Source of the DNA: a bacterium
GTDB lineage: Bacteria; Patescibacteriota; Microgenomatia; UBA1400; UBA12108
Assembly (NCBI GenBank): GCA_021788365.1
Contig: JAJYKS010000002.1
Location: forward strand, 32,521 to 96,520
Reading direction: 5' to 3'
Length of the DNA stretch: 64,000 nt
Under the pieces are notes generated by a model. That model was not told where the DNA came from, ran no database searches, and worked only from the letters and a program-made list of their open reading frames with translations. Positions 51,049-59,532 of this stretch are shown here, piece after piece (within the stretch, counting starts at the first letter, position 1; every line of letters starts with the position of its first letter). The position numbers and the translations under genes are program-made.

Positions 51049-51070
51049 ATACCCTATTTTACGCCGCGGC

Positions 51071-51424
51071 CTACATCGCCAAAGGGACTAGCTCTGTGGC
51101 TCCCGGGACGTCGGGGCTGGCGAAAATGTGATATGTGGTCGCATGGTTCGGATCGGTTCCAGGTTCCAAGACGAGAGCCTCGGCAGGGAAGCCATATTCA
51201 TTGAGGATTGCCAAAATATCGGTATCCGTAGCCTCCGGCGAAACGGAAACTTCTGTCATGGCTGTATCGACAATGTATCCCTCGCTTGTGGGGTGAAATA
51301 CCGGCTGCACATTGCGATGTGCCTGAAGAAGGTCAGGTTTCACGGGTCCAGGGAGAGCCGGAAATCCCTCTACCCACGGATCGGAGACATAGAGGTGTGA
51401 GGATAATTTGCAAGAATAGCTCAT
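51071..51424 (-). CDS. Hypothetical protein (117 aa)
   Basis: ORF; 4-nt overlap with the upstream gene. Confidence 0.3.
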   Translation of the reverse strand: MSYSCKLSSHLYVSDPWVEGFPALPGPVKPDLLQAHRNVQPVFHPTSEGYIVDTAMTEVSVSPEATDTDILAILNEYGFPAEALVLEPGTDPNHATTYHIFASPDVPGATELVPLAM

Positions 51425-53100
51425 ACTGACCCAGGACCTAACTGGGGTGTCTCAAGTCTTTTCTTGGCTGTTTCTTCGTCGGCGACATCCTTGGCCAGTT
51501 GTCTCTGTAGAAGCTCCGCTTGTTGCTGTGCTTGATGATCTTGAAAAATTGCTTGACCGGCCTGAATTGTTGCCCGACCGGCTTTTTTTGCAGCAGTGTA
51601 AAGATTATTGAGGGCATCCAGGGTTCTTTGCTTTGATGCAACGGCAGTGGTAAGGGCGATCATGTTTTCGGCATGTTTACCCATGCGCTCTTTTTCATCC
51701 AGGACTATTTTGGGCCGGATAAACATCTTGGCCAGTCCTGTTTCCTGCTTCTGCACAGTTTGCTGGCTTTCAGCAACGATTTTATTAGTTCTGCGAATAG
51801 TGTCAGCTAGATTGCCGAGCAGTGACATCGTGTCACGCGGATTGTTAACCATGATTTCGCCAATAATTTGGTTGCGTTCGAGTGAGTAAAAAATGATCTT
51901 ACCGCCAACGTTAAAGCCGGTAAGCCATTTGTAGAGAGAATTTTGCAGGAGCGCTCCGCCTTTTTTTCTGATCGTGTCAACTGCCGAAGGTGTACCGATC
52001 GACATAAGATAACCACCAGGAACAGCAGATTTGTTGGTGGTGAGGAGGGATAGTGGTAAAGGAAGGTCGTCCTGTTTTTTAGTGATGTCACGGATTACCA
52101 GGCTTGTATTGGTTAATCCCCAAACTCGATTACGATGAAGTTCCTCCTCATGGTCGGTGAGGACGATTTTGTTGGTGACCAGGTCGGTTACAAACATGGT
52201 CTCCGGTTCGGTTTGGAGGGCCAATTCATCGAGGGCAGTACCCATCGTCTTAAATTGTTCGAAAAGAGCATTAGCCTGAGATTGCTCGGCGATGTCACCG
52301 GCGGCGGCCAATACAGCCAAGTCCAGTTCTTTCATAAGTGTATCTTGAGGTTTACCCATTTTTTCCAACTGGAGTAGGTGTGCGGCCAAGGCCTTCTCCT
52401 CTGGAGTAAGCGGGTAGGCATGGTCGAGATGACCTTGCTTTACCGCCTTAGCCAGTTCTTCAGCTTTGGTGACGATGTCCTTCTCTAAATCAGTTAGCCG
52501 AGCTTGCCCTCGATTACTAAAAACAAAAGCTGGATTAATGTCCAAATATCTCTGCTTAATTTTACTGATGGCGGCGGCGATGGCTGGTGTGGAAGGAACT
52601 TCAAGATCGATATGAGTACCAAAATTCTTATTGATCAAATTTTCGCCTAGATCAAGCGCAGTCTTTTCTATCGTGCTGGCCGGGGGGATGAATAGCAGTC
52701 CATGCTGGAGGATTCCGGCTTTAGCTAGGCGCCAAGCCGCGTCGCCCACGGTCAAGGTTTCTTCTTCTCCGGCCTTGGTAGCGGCAGGTTTGGTGCTGGC
52801 CCAGGGGTGCCCGTCGCTAAGGTGTTTCCAGGCGTCATCGCTAGCCCTAACAATAGCGAGGGGATTGATACTTTGAGGATATTCAGCTGGAGGGGGCGTC
52901 GCTGCTGGTTTAGCAGGTGTTTGCTGACCAATAGCCCTCCATGCGTCTTCAGCAGAGATGCCATTGGCCCACGCTGCTGTGTTTATCGTAGGTGTTGGCG
53001 AAGCCGCACCTTGTTTTCCCAGTGCGCCCCACAGCGCCTCACCGGATTGTTGTGAGAGCCATAGTGCAGCGGGACTGGTGGTTTCTTGTACGGAGGCCAT
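51421..53100 (-). CDS. Hypothetical protein (559 aa) with N-terminal repeated (D/E)AW(K/R)xL motifs and a C-terminal coiled-coil
   Basis: 'EALWGAL', 'EDAWRAIG', 'DDAWKHL' and 'DAAWRLAK' repeats; Gln/Ala-rich C-terminus. Confidence 0.45.
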   Translation of the reverse strand: MASVQETTSPAALWLSQQSGEALWGALGKQGAASPTPTINTAAWANGISAEDAWRAIGQQTPAKPAATPPPAEYPQSINPLAIVRASDDAWKHLSDGHPWASTKPAATKAGEEETLTVGDAAWRLAKAGILQHGLLFIPPASTIEKTALDLGENLINKNFGTHIDLEVPSTPAIAAAISKIKQRYLDINPAFVFSNRGQARLTDLEKDIVTKAEELAKAVKQGHLDHAYPLTPEEKALAAHLLQLEKMGKPQDTLMKELDLAVLAAAGDIAEQSQANALFEQFKTMGTALDELALQTEPETMFVTDLVTNKIVLTDHEEELHRNRVWGLTNTSLVIRDITKKQDDLPLPLSLLTTNKSAVPGGYLMSIGTPSAVDTIRKKGGALLQNSLYKWLTGFNVGGKIIFYSLERNQIIGEIMVNNPRDTMSLLGNLADTIRRTNKIVAESQQTVQKQETGLAKMFIRPKIVLDEKERMGKHAENMIALTTAVASKQRTLDALNNLYTAAKKAGRATIQAGQAIFQDHQAQQQAELLQRQLAKDVADEETAKKRLETPQLGPGSV

Positions 53101-53105
53101 AATAT

Positions 53106-53522
53106 TTATTGAGTATTTTCCTTTACTTCGGTAACATCAGCGTCGATAACCTCGTCGTCTCCATCACCCTCATAAACCACTACATCCCCTCGCTTGTTTA
53201 CAGTTTTTTTTGCACGAGCCTTCTCGATAAATTTTTGGAAAATTCCCGGTTTAGCTGGCTGTTTGGGCTGGTCGGCGAGTTTCTTCCACTCCTCTTCACC
53301 GGTTCGAAGGGCAGCAGCGACGGCCTGCACGACGCCTACCCCTGCAGCATGAGCGAGGTTTTCTGGCAACTTCAACTCTTTGGTTACTTGTTGTGTTACC
53401 CCATCCAAAAACCCCGCTTGTTTAGGTGGAGGGGTGAGAGCCTGCCACGCAGATTCGCTGGCAGAGTCACTGTTACCTTGCTGCCCAGATAATGATTTCC
53501 AGGCTTCATCAGATGTAGTCAT
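53106..53522 (-). CDS. Hypothetical protein (138 aa) with the same AW-type repeats
   Basis: 'DEAWKSL', 'ESAWQAL' and 'EEEWKKL'. Confidence 0.4.
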   Translation of the reverse strand: MTTSDEAWKSLSGQQGNSDSASESAWQALTPPPKQAGFLDGVTQQVTKELKLPENLAHAAGVGVVQAVAAALRTGEEEWKKLADQPKQPAKPGIFQKFIEKARAKKTVNKRGDVVVYEGDGDDEVIDADVTEVKENTQ

Positions 53523-53593
53523 TTGTGCTCCTTTTTATGTATGTATTCTATCCTATGGGTCCACTCCTTGGGAAGAGTTCGGAGTTGTTCACG

Positions 53594-53639
53594 CGCCGCA
53601 CTTGGTGACCATTCTCATGGTCAAGAGCCAAGTGCGGCG
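53594..53639. promoter_or_regulatory. Nested palindrome (CGCCGCACTTGG [TGACCAT TCTC ATGGTCA] AGAG CCAAGTGCGGCG) between two island genes
   Basis: 10-bp outer stem and 7-bp inner stem seen in sequence; no U-tract. Confidence 0.35.
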
Positions 53640-53736
53640 GATTGTCGTGAACGATGTATTTGATTGTAATTTTACCGTGGTCGCCGGATAGGCGAGGGCG
53701 CGCGAGGCGGCCACGGTGCTGGCTAAATGGCCAGGT

Positions 53737-54393
53737 TTACGGGCAGGCACCAACCGTGACGGCAGCAAGATGGATCCAGGATCCAACAGGAAAGGATCCC
53801 GACGCCTCAGCAAGCTGGCCGCGCTGGCACACATTGTTGACACAGGTACTGTCAACGATAGATCCGATTTTAATCGTAGTGCCAGCGGGAATGTTTCCGA
53901 GCCCGTTTGGTCCTCCAGCTGTGGAGTTGGGTTCAGGGCGAACTGTGGCTCCATCAGACATGGTAACGCAGTATGGCTGCCCGCCAGTCGTGGACAGTAA
54001 TGACTGCTGCGAACCGGGGGTGGGAGAGACAAGACTCTGATGAACTGCTGTAGGCGGAACCTGGGAATTCGCGGCTGAGGGAATAGGGCTGGGTGTGCCA
54101 AGGATCACTCCTTCAGTGTTGACGACACCGGTGCTTATGCCCCAGATGAAAAACTTCCCTAGCCAAGGACCAACGAAGATGATGAAGAGCACCACCAGGA
54201 TCAAAGTAATGATCCCAATGACGAACAGGAATGCCTGATGCTTCTTCTTCGCGTATATCACTGGTCCCTCGGCGGATTCTTTCCCGGCCGTAGCCCAACG
54301 CCAGATGATCAAACCGGCAACAATGGCAAAAACCAATGCGCCGAACCAGTGCTGGCCAAGCCATGCGAGTAGTTGAACAATTGTGGTTGGCAT
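53737..54393 (-). CDS. Hypothetical membrane protein (2 TM plus Pro/Ser/Thr-rich and Cys-containing extracytoplasmic region)
   Basis: Two hydrophobic helices in the N-terminal half; C-terminal PST-rich segment with 4 Cys. Confidence 0.45.
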   Translation of the reverse strand: MPTTIVQLLAWLGQHWFGALVFAIVAGLIIWRWATAGKESAEGPVIYAKKKHQAFLFVIGIITLILVVLFIIFVGPWLGKFFIWGISTGVVNTEGVILGTPSPIPSAANSQVPPTAVHQSLVSPTPGSQQSLLSTTGGQPYCVTMSDGATVRPEPNSTAGGPNGLGNIPAGTTIKIGSIVDSTCVNNVCQRGQLAEASGSFPVGSWIHLAAVTVGACP

Positions 54394-54516
54394 GATATTT
54401 CTCCTTTTTGATTTGGAACTGAATTTTTTTGGATACGACTTGAATCTTGCGTTCTATTACTTTGTTACTTTGGACTATCAACCACCTCCTTTCGGGATGG
54501 GGTTTGTACACATTCG

Positions 54517-56262
54517 CTATGGTGCGGATGTGGGGGTGGGTGAATTTGCCGTTTGCTGGATTAGCTGTTGCCAGAGTGTCCAGACAAACTTTGCCTGACC
54601 TTCGTGCTGATTCCAGCACGATCCCTTGAGGGGATGGTAGGCAAAACGGTCAACGAACACGGCCTCGGAGGTTGCGCTAGGCAAACCCTGGTCGCTGATC
54701 TTCCTGCATGCAGCATCAGCTGCCGCGGGGATATTTGTGCGATCGGGCTGGTCTGGACCTACAGGCCAATAGTCATTCCACGTACCCGGCATGAACTGCC
54801 AGACACCTGCGGCTCCCACGGGGGAAACGGCGGTGTTGTTGTAAACGGAGCTTTCAGAGAAAGCCACCGCGACAACGAGGCGTGGATCACAGGTACCGTT
54901 CTTTTGGTACGCTGTGACAGCGGCATCCCAAACGTCTTGGGGTGCATAAAAACGCACCTCACTGCCATTCCAATAAGTAATCTGGAATTCCGGCAGAGCG
55001 CTGGGGACGCGGGCAACTGGAGCAGAGGCAACTGCGGGGGGTGGAGAATAGAGGCTGGGGATAAAGTACATCCCGGCCAAGACACCCGCGACCAAGAGAG
55101 TGACAACCACAAACGTCTGTCCATGGCGTTTTTTCTTGGTTTCGGCAGTTGGCTCGTAAGCTCCGCGGGCTTGGCGCAGGCGACCCAGGAGGGTCAAGCC
55201 AAGCCAAAAGGCCAGCATACCGTACACGAGGGCGTTAGGGACGCTCGACTCGCCGTTTAACCAGTCTCGGAAGAGTCTGGTGCGGTAAGCCAAAACATCC
55301 GGCCATTGCCACTGGGCGTAAAAGTATGCGCCAATAGTCATGACCACGCCGACGATGACGGCTACTTCAATGGCTCCTCGCCAGAGACTTTTCTTTCTGG
55401 CGACTTCGCCTTGGGTTCGAGGCTTGCCAATCCGCAAAATTACTTTTGGACCGGCAAATATGAGCCACAAGACGGCGAGGACCACCAACCCCCAAACGGC
55501 TGCTGTTTGAAAAGACTGATAGATCGCAGCAGCGTGCACCTCCTTTGGTGCGGGGTTTGTTTTTACGGTGGGGACAACTATGGTTCCAGGGATATTTGTT
55601 GGAACAATCCCAGGAACTTGCGGAAGCGGGTTTGTGGTGGGTCCACTTGTGACCGTGAGGGTGAGACTATCACCATCCACAGTCCAGTGGAGCACTACTG
55701 GTCCGTAGTCGTTGACGACGCGGACGTCCGCTCCGTTTTTTGTGCTGGGGTCAGCCGAGTTGCGGGATGTTGCTACCGCAATTGAGTATCGGCTATCGAC
55801 CCCGGGGATGGGTGTCGGGTGTGGTGAGTAACTATCGACAGTGAGACCGGCAGATGCCAGTGTCTCCGAGACCATCGATATTATGTCACACGCGCCGCCA
55901 CCTTCAGTAATCCCCCCTACTTCGGAGTAGCCCATACCGTACTCGACGGTATAGGGTCCGAAGACGCCGTTCAGCCAGGTGGTCCCTGACGGGATGGTCA
56001 CCTGACCCTCAAAGCTATCGGGGACGCTAAGATACGCGTCCTTAAACTTTGAACCTGGCGAAACACCCCAGAGTGTCATCAACATATTGAGACGGTAGTT
56101 AGTGTAGCTACCATAGTTAAGTCTCATGTTGAAGACCTTTGAGGTTGGGTTGAAGCTTATCGGCCGTATGGCCTGCACTGTCCCGGTGGGGGACAGAAGA
56201 GCGATTAGCGCAAGGAGAAGAACTCCCAGCGCCAAGGTTTGCTTGGTTTTCATGGAATTCAA
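54517..56262 (-). CDS. Secreted/membrane fusion protein: VanW-like N-terminal domain, TM helices, C-terminal lytic transglycosylase (SLT-like) domain
   Basis: Signal peptide; 'GGGACDIISMVSETLASAGL' (VanW-like GGG-C motif); 3-4 TM helices; C-terminal 'FSESSVYNN...GAAGVWQFMPGTWNDY' (SLT motif). Confidence 0.55.
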   Translation of the reverse strand: MNSMKTKQTLALGVLLLALIALLSPTGTVQAIRPISFNPTSKVFNMRLNYGSYTNYRLNMLMTLWGVSPGSKFKDAYLSVPDSFEGQVTIPSGTTWLNGVFGPYTVEYGMGYSEVGGITEGGGACDIISMVSETLASAGLTVDSYSPHPTPIPGVDSRYSIAVATSRNSADPSTKNGADVRVVNDYGPVVLHWTVDGDSLTLTVTSGPTTNPLPQVPGIVPTNIPGTIVVPTVKTNPAPKEVHAAAIYQSFQTAAVWGLVVLAVLWLIFAGPKVILRIGKPRTQGEVARKKSLWRGAIEVAVIVGVVMTIGAYFYAQWQWPDVLAYRTRLFRDWLNGESSVPNALVYGMLAFWLGLTLLGRLRQARGAYEPTAETKKKRHGQTFVVVTLLVAGVLAGMYFIPSLYSPPPAVASAPVARVPSALPEFQITYWNGSEVRFYAPQDVWDAAVTAYQKNGTCDPRLVVAVAFSESSVYNNTAVSPVGAAGVWQFMPGTWNDYWPVGPDQPDRTNIPAAADAACRKISDQGLPSATSEAVFVDRFAYHPLKGSCWNQHEGQAKFVWTLWQQLIQQTANSPTPTSAP

Positions 56263-56278
56263 CTCCTTTCTTTTAAAT

Positions 56279-56331
56279 TTGAAACCAGCAAGACAGAGGA
56301 CGAAAATTCATCCGCTATCAGCTGGTTTCAA
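56279..56331 (-). promoter_or_regulatory. 11-bp-stem hairpin (TTGAAACCAGC...GCTGGTTTCAA) in the 5' leader of the VanW-SLT gene, ~6 nt before its AAAGGAG RBS
   Basis: Seen in sequence. Confidence 0.3.
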
Positions 56332-56562
56332 TCGCGATAAAAGCTCTATATAGGCCGCAGTCAATTTTGTCGTATCCGTATAAAAGGAGAATATCTCTTT
56401 TATCAAATACAAACGTTCACTTTTTAAGGTGCGTGATCTCCACGACAACCAACTCGCTTCGAGTAGATGTCGCCAAAATCACGTATTCAGTGGGCAGTAA
56501 CCTAGCTAGGGCGCAACCAATCCCACGCGATGTGGTAGTAGATGCGTGTGTAGCTATTGCGT

Positions 56563-56668
56563 AAGATTATAGCCTATTAGTCAAGTTATAGGTCTGGAAA
56601 AAACTGACTGAACCCATGGTACTTAAAAAAGTGCACTAAGCACCATGGGTTCGACTTACTCAGTCAGT
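56563..56668. repeat. Repeat-family member R-a: TTATAGCC/TTATAGGT motif plus a 66-bp palindrome P1 (ACTGACTGA...GTGCAC...TCAGTCAGT)
   Basis: Shares the ACTGACTGA and TTATAGG cores with four other loci in 56.5-61.8 kb. Confidence 0.6.
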
Positions 56669-56698
56669 CGGCGAAACGAGCCACGTAACTATTTGGGA

Positions 56699-56929
56699 TT
56701 AATTCGCTCGCCGAATTAGGTGGAGATTGGTGGGACAGACCGAGGCTGTTTGACCAAATTGGTCGTCCACATCACGGTAGATGGTAACTTGCGTATTGCC
56801 ATCACGCAGTGATGAAACAACACCAATGGTCCCAGCCACGTGAAGTGGATGAGACTTACCAGAGAGCGTGATTTGCATGGCGACGACGTCGCCTAGTCGG
56901 GGAGCTTCCCCGTTTGGATAATTTTTCAT
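56699..56929 (-). CDS. Small hypothetical protein (76 aa)
   Basis: ORF only. Confidence 0.3.
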   Translation of the reverse strand: MKNYPNGEAPRLGDVVAMQITLSGKSHPLHVAGTIGVVSSLRDGNTQVTIYRDVDDQFGQTASVCPTNLHLIRRAN

Positions 56930-57043
56930 TTTTTATATCCTCTTGGTGAAATGTTGGATCAAATTTTGCGGCTTATTGAAGCCCGCGATAAACTACGAGC
57001 ACTCGTACGACGGGAAACTTACATTGTGTCTGGTGGAATCATT

Positions 57044-57311
57044 ATATTCTCCTTTTCAAAAATGGATTTCACGCTGGGGACTAATTTAATTCCCAAAGTG
57101 AAACCCATTTTGTTGGAACACTGACTGAGTGTTAAAGTGCAAGAAGCGATCGGGCAGACGCAAACGTCCACACATCGCCTATTACTCGACGGAGTTTACA
57201 CAACAAATGCGTATGAGTCAAGGTTATAGGCTAAAACCATAGGAAAAATGAGGACCGCTGGTCTGGTAGGTCGCGAAAATCTCTCGAACACGCTCCCGCA
57301 GGCTACCCAAA
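57044..57311. repeat. Repeat-family member R-b (~270 bp), about 80% similar over ~200 bp to R-d at 61625-61825; 3' ~90 bp also matches R-c
   Basis: Contains the hairpin AAAATGGATTTCAC...GTGAAACCCATTTT, the ACTGACTGAGTGTTAAAGTGCAA core, GAGTTTACACAACA, TTATAGGCTAAAACCATAGG and a GGTAGG...CTACCCAAAG element. Confidence 0.65.
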
Positions 57312-57347
57312 GATATAGTTTGATATATTAAAACAGAATGATTGGTT

Positions 57348-57461
57348 ATGGTAGCAGGTGAACTACAACGTGCTATAGAGGCCGCACAAAAGCTGGTAGA
57401 GAGCGGCGGAATGACCGCCGATGAGTTTGAGGAGCTCAAACGAAATCTCCTGGGGGATTAG
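57348..57461 (+). CDS. Possible 37-aa SHOCT-domain peptide
   Basis: 'MVAGELQRAIEAAQKLVESGGMTADEFEELKRNLLGD' fits the SHOCT consensus (GxIT.EEFE..K..LL); directly downstream of R-b. Confidence 0.3.
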   Translation: MVAGELQRAIEAAQKLVESGGMTADEFEELKRNLLGD

Positions 57462-57655
57462 ATTATACCTACCGAACTTCGCATCGAGGGTCAAGAGGCC
57501 AACGGCATCCCGTCCCACGCCAAACCCGCAGTTACGGAAGAAGAGACAACACCAGAGGAGCGCTGGGCGAAGAAAGGTAAAGAAACACCTGCCAGCGGGG
57601 CAGCCAATACCGCGATGAACCTAGAAATTATAGAGCGGTCACAAAAATAGAAAAA

Positions 57656-58039
57656 GTGATATGGATAATTCGTATGACATCACCTGACTATGTAAGGCTT
57701 GAACGGATGGCCACCTGGGCACGAGATACACTCCATCCTTATCTCCTAGAGCTCATCCCTCAGTATGCCTCCGCCACCTTGGCCATGAACATCCAGATGG
57801 CGGCGGGGGTAGTGTATGGGAGAGATGTGTACGGGGTTAATGCCGTGAGTGATCGTGAGCCGATAGCGGCAGATGATCTAGAGCAGTTTGCGGCCATGTG
57901 TGCAGAAGCAATCGCTCACTTCGACACCGATCACCTCTGGACTCCACGATATTCTGCCAAGAAATACAAAAGTAATGATCAGGTCCTGATCATCTCCCAC
58001 CACTTCCGCGCTAACCAGTACTCTCATGTCTGGAATTAA
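57656..58039 (+). CDS. Hypothetical protein (127 aa)
   Basis: ORF within the repeat-flanked cassette. Confidence 0.35.
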   Translation: MIWIIRMTSPDYVRLERMATWARDTLHPYLLELIPQYASATLAMNIQMAAGVVYGRDVYGVNAVSDREPIAADDLEQFAAMCAEAIAHFDTDHLWTPRYSAKKYKSNDQVLIISHHFRANQYSHVWN

Positions 58040-58074
58040 TCGCTCTAATCATTTATACTACGAACAGTAAAAAC

Positions 58075-58431
58075 ATGTTTGATCAAAAGAAGTACAACCA
58101 TTTAGGGTTCACCGAAAAAATAGCTTACCTTACAAACGCTGTAAGGGATGGCGAAATCGGAGAACCAGAAATTTCGAAAATTGTGAAGGATGATCGATCT
58201 GAGGAAGTTATTTTTAACGTCGTTTATCAAATATCTAATGGCCTGGATAGTGACCTTGAAAGTGGTAGCAGAGCCACGCAGGTAGCAGAACAACTAGCCA
58301 TGGCAAGAATGACAGAACTTAAATCCCATTTTCCTCACGGACCTATAGGCAGAGACGCCAAAGGGAAAATGGAATACGATACAACTGGAGACGCACTAAA
58401 ATCTCTCCAAGATAAAATGAATAGACGTTAG
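58075..58431 (+). CDS. Hypothetical protein (118 aa)
   Basis: ORF within the cassette. Confidence 0.35.
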   Translation: MFDQKKYNHLGFTEKIAYLTNAVRDGEIGEPEISKIVKDDRSEEVIFNVVYQISNGLDSDLESGSRATQVAEQLAMARMTELKSHFPHGPIGRDAKGKMEYDTTGDALKSLQDKMNRR

Positions 58432-58433
58432 CT

Positions 58434-58667
58434 ATGCCTAATCCAAGTGAAACACCACCCAAGGGAATCTCGGGAGAAGCACTTGCCGACTGGTGGCGTG
58501 AACACGGTGCCAACATGCAACACGTCGAGATACTTTCAGATGATGAGCGTATTTGCCCTCGATGTGGTGATGTTCAACCTTGTACTGGAACTGACGAATG
58601 TACGTCTTGTGGAGCATCGTTAAAAGGAGCGAAACGACGTCGGCGAAATCTCTTCCAGTCGCAGTAA
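58434..58667 (+). CDS. Small zinc-ribbon protein (77 aa), basic C-terminus
   Basis: CPRCG...CTSCG; 3-nt gap from the upstream ORF. Confidence 0.4.
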   Translation: MPNPSETPPKGISGEALADWWREHGANMQHVEILSDDERICPRCGDVQPCTGTDECTSCGASLKGAKRRRRNLFQSQ

Positions 58668-58684
58668 GTATTTAGTCTAGAACA

Positions 58685-58785
58685 AGCTATAGGCTGAAAC
58701 GATATGCAAATCGATGGCCTGTGATCTGGTAGGTAGCAAAGATCTCTCGAACGACCTCCCGCAAACTACCCAAAGCAATCAAATG
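58685..58785. repeat. Repeat-family member R-c (matches the 3' ~90 bp of R-b), directly upstream of the 58811 ORF
   Basis: Shares the conserved blocks TCTGGTAGGT, ATCTCTCGAAC, CTCCCGCA and CTACCCAAAG with R-b. Confidence 0.6.
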
Positions 58786-58810
58786 GCTAAATACTCGGGA
58801 GAGATTTTCT

Positions 58811-59185
58811 ATGTTGTCGGATAAAATGTGTAGCACCATTTCCCAAGACATACAAAACTACTGGGATACCCATATTTCAGAGCTCGATGCACAATTACAA
58901 GGGAAGGAGCGGGGCCATAAAATTGCCGACATCATAGACGAAAAAACAACTATGTATCTGAGCTCAAAATATGACAGTGCATACGAACGCAAGAAGTCGC
59001 CGGGAGGAGATCCCATGCCTCGCTCTATGGGCGACATTTGGATCAAAGATCAGGGGGTATATCATCCGGTGAACATTAAAACAGGAATAAAAGGATCAGA
59101 GGGGCAGCCAAATATGGTATCTATGCACAAACTACTAAACGCAATCCTCTCAACTCGATCGATTCCTATTATCTACTCATGGTAA
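58811..59185 (+). CDS. Hypothetical protein (124 aa); may be the N-terminal half of a frameshifted ~240-aa nuclease partnered with the downstream methyltransferase
   Basis: A 7-nt overlap and frame change with 59179..59532 next to an A-run; 'GDIWIKD...VNIKTG' is loosely PD-(D/E)xK-like. Speculative. Confidence 0.3.
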   Translation: MLSDKMCSTISQDIQNYWDTHISELDAQLQGKERGHKIADIIDEKTTMYLSSKYDSAYERKKSPGGDPMPRSMGDIWIKDQGVYHPVNIKTGIKGSEGQPNMVSMHKLLNAILSTRSIPIIYSW

Positions 59186-59532
59186 AGATCAAAGAAAAAT
59201 CAGTGACAGATAAAACAACCGCGAGCATTATATTTGTCGACATGTTAAACATTATTGACTACATTACCTACGACGCCGGCCCAGGTCAAATAATGCTCAA
59301 AGCAAAAGCATTCTTTGACAAAATAGATCGAGAAGGTGCAGCCTTCCAAAATGGGTCGACGATAAAAGAAAAAGTCGAGAAATTGGCAGCACTCATGAGA
59401 GACGGGGAATCGCGGCTAGTAAGCAATCGGAAGAAGCGACTTGAGGTAATTGAAAAAAGTATTACGTCATATTTAGACAATACCCCTTTTGTTGTGAGCG
59501 TAGACAATCAAGCAAGGTTCAATTTAGCATAA
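59179..59532 (+). CDS. Hypothetical protein (117 aa); possible C-terminal half of the same split gene
   Basis: Overlaps the upstream ORF in another frame; its stop overlaps the methyltransferase start. Confidence 0.3.
   Translation: MVKIKEKSVTDKTTASIIFVDMLNIIDYITYDAGPGQIMLKAKAFFDKIDREGAAFQNGSTIKEKVEKLAALMRDGESRLVSNRKKRLEVIEKSITSYLDNTPFVVSVDNQARFNLA

Larger units (their letters stand above)
46412..56262 (-). mobile_element. Putative integrated element/genomic island downstream of tRNA-His; right boundary undefined and may extend through the repeat region to ~61.8 kb
   Basis: A serine recombinase abuts the tRNA 3' end, followed by a tyrosine integrase, an Xis-like HTH protein and unannotatable cargo. 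Confidence 0.5.

Noticed and set aside
56603-56668. P1 palindrome as a tRNA fragment or att site (contains GGGTTCGA, reminiscent of a T-loop and of the tRNA-His 3' end)
   Set aside because: It does not fold as a T-arm (no 5-bp stem flanking TTCGA). It matches the tRNA-His 3' end over only ~7 nt plus a weak CACTCA/TACTCA, which is insufficient to call attR.
57421-57618. 65-aa Lys/Arg-rich ORF
   Set aside because: It overlaps the better-supported SHOCT-like peptide frame and is low-complexity.
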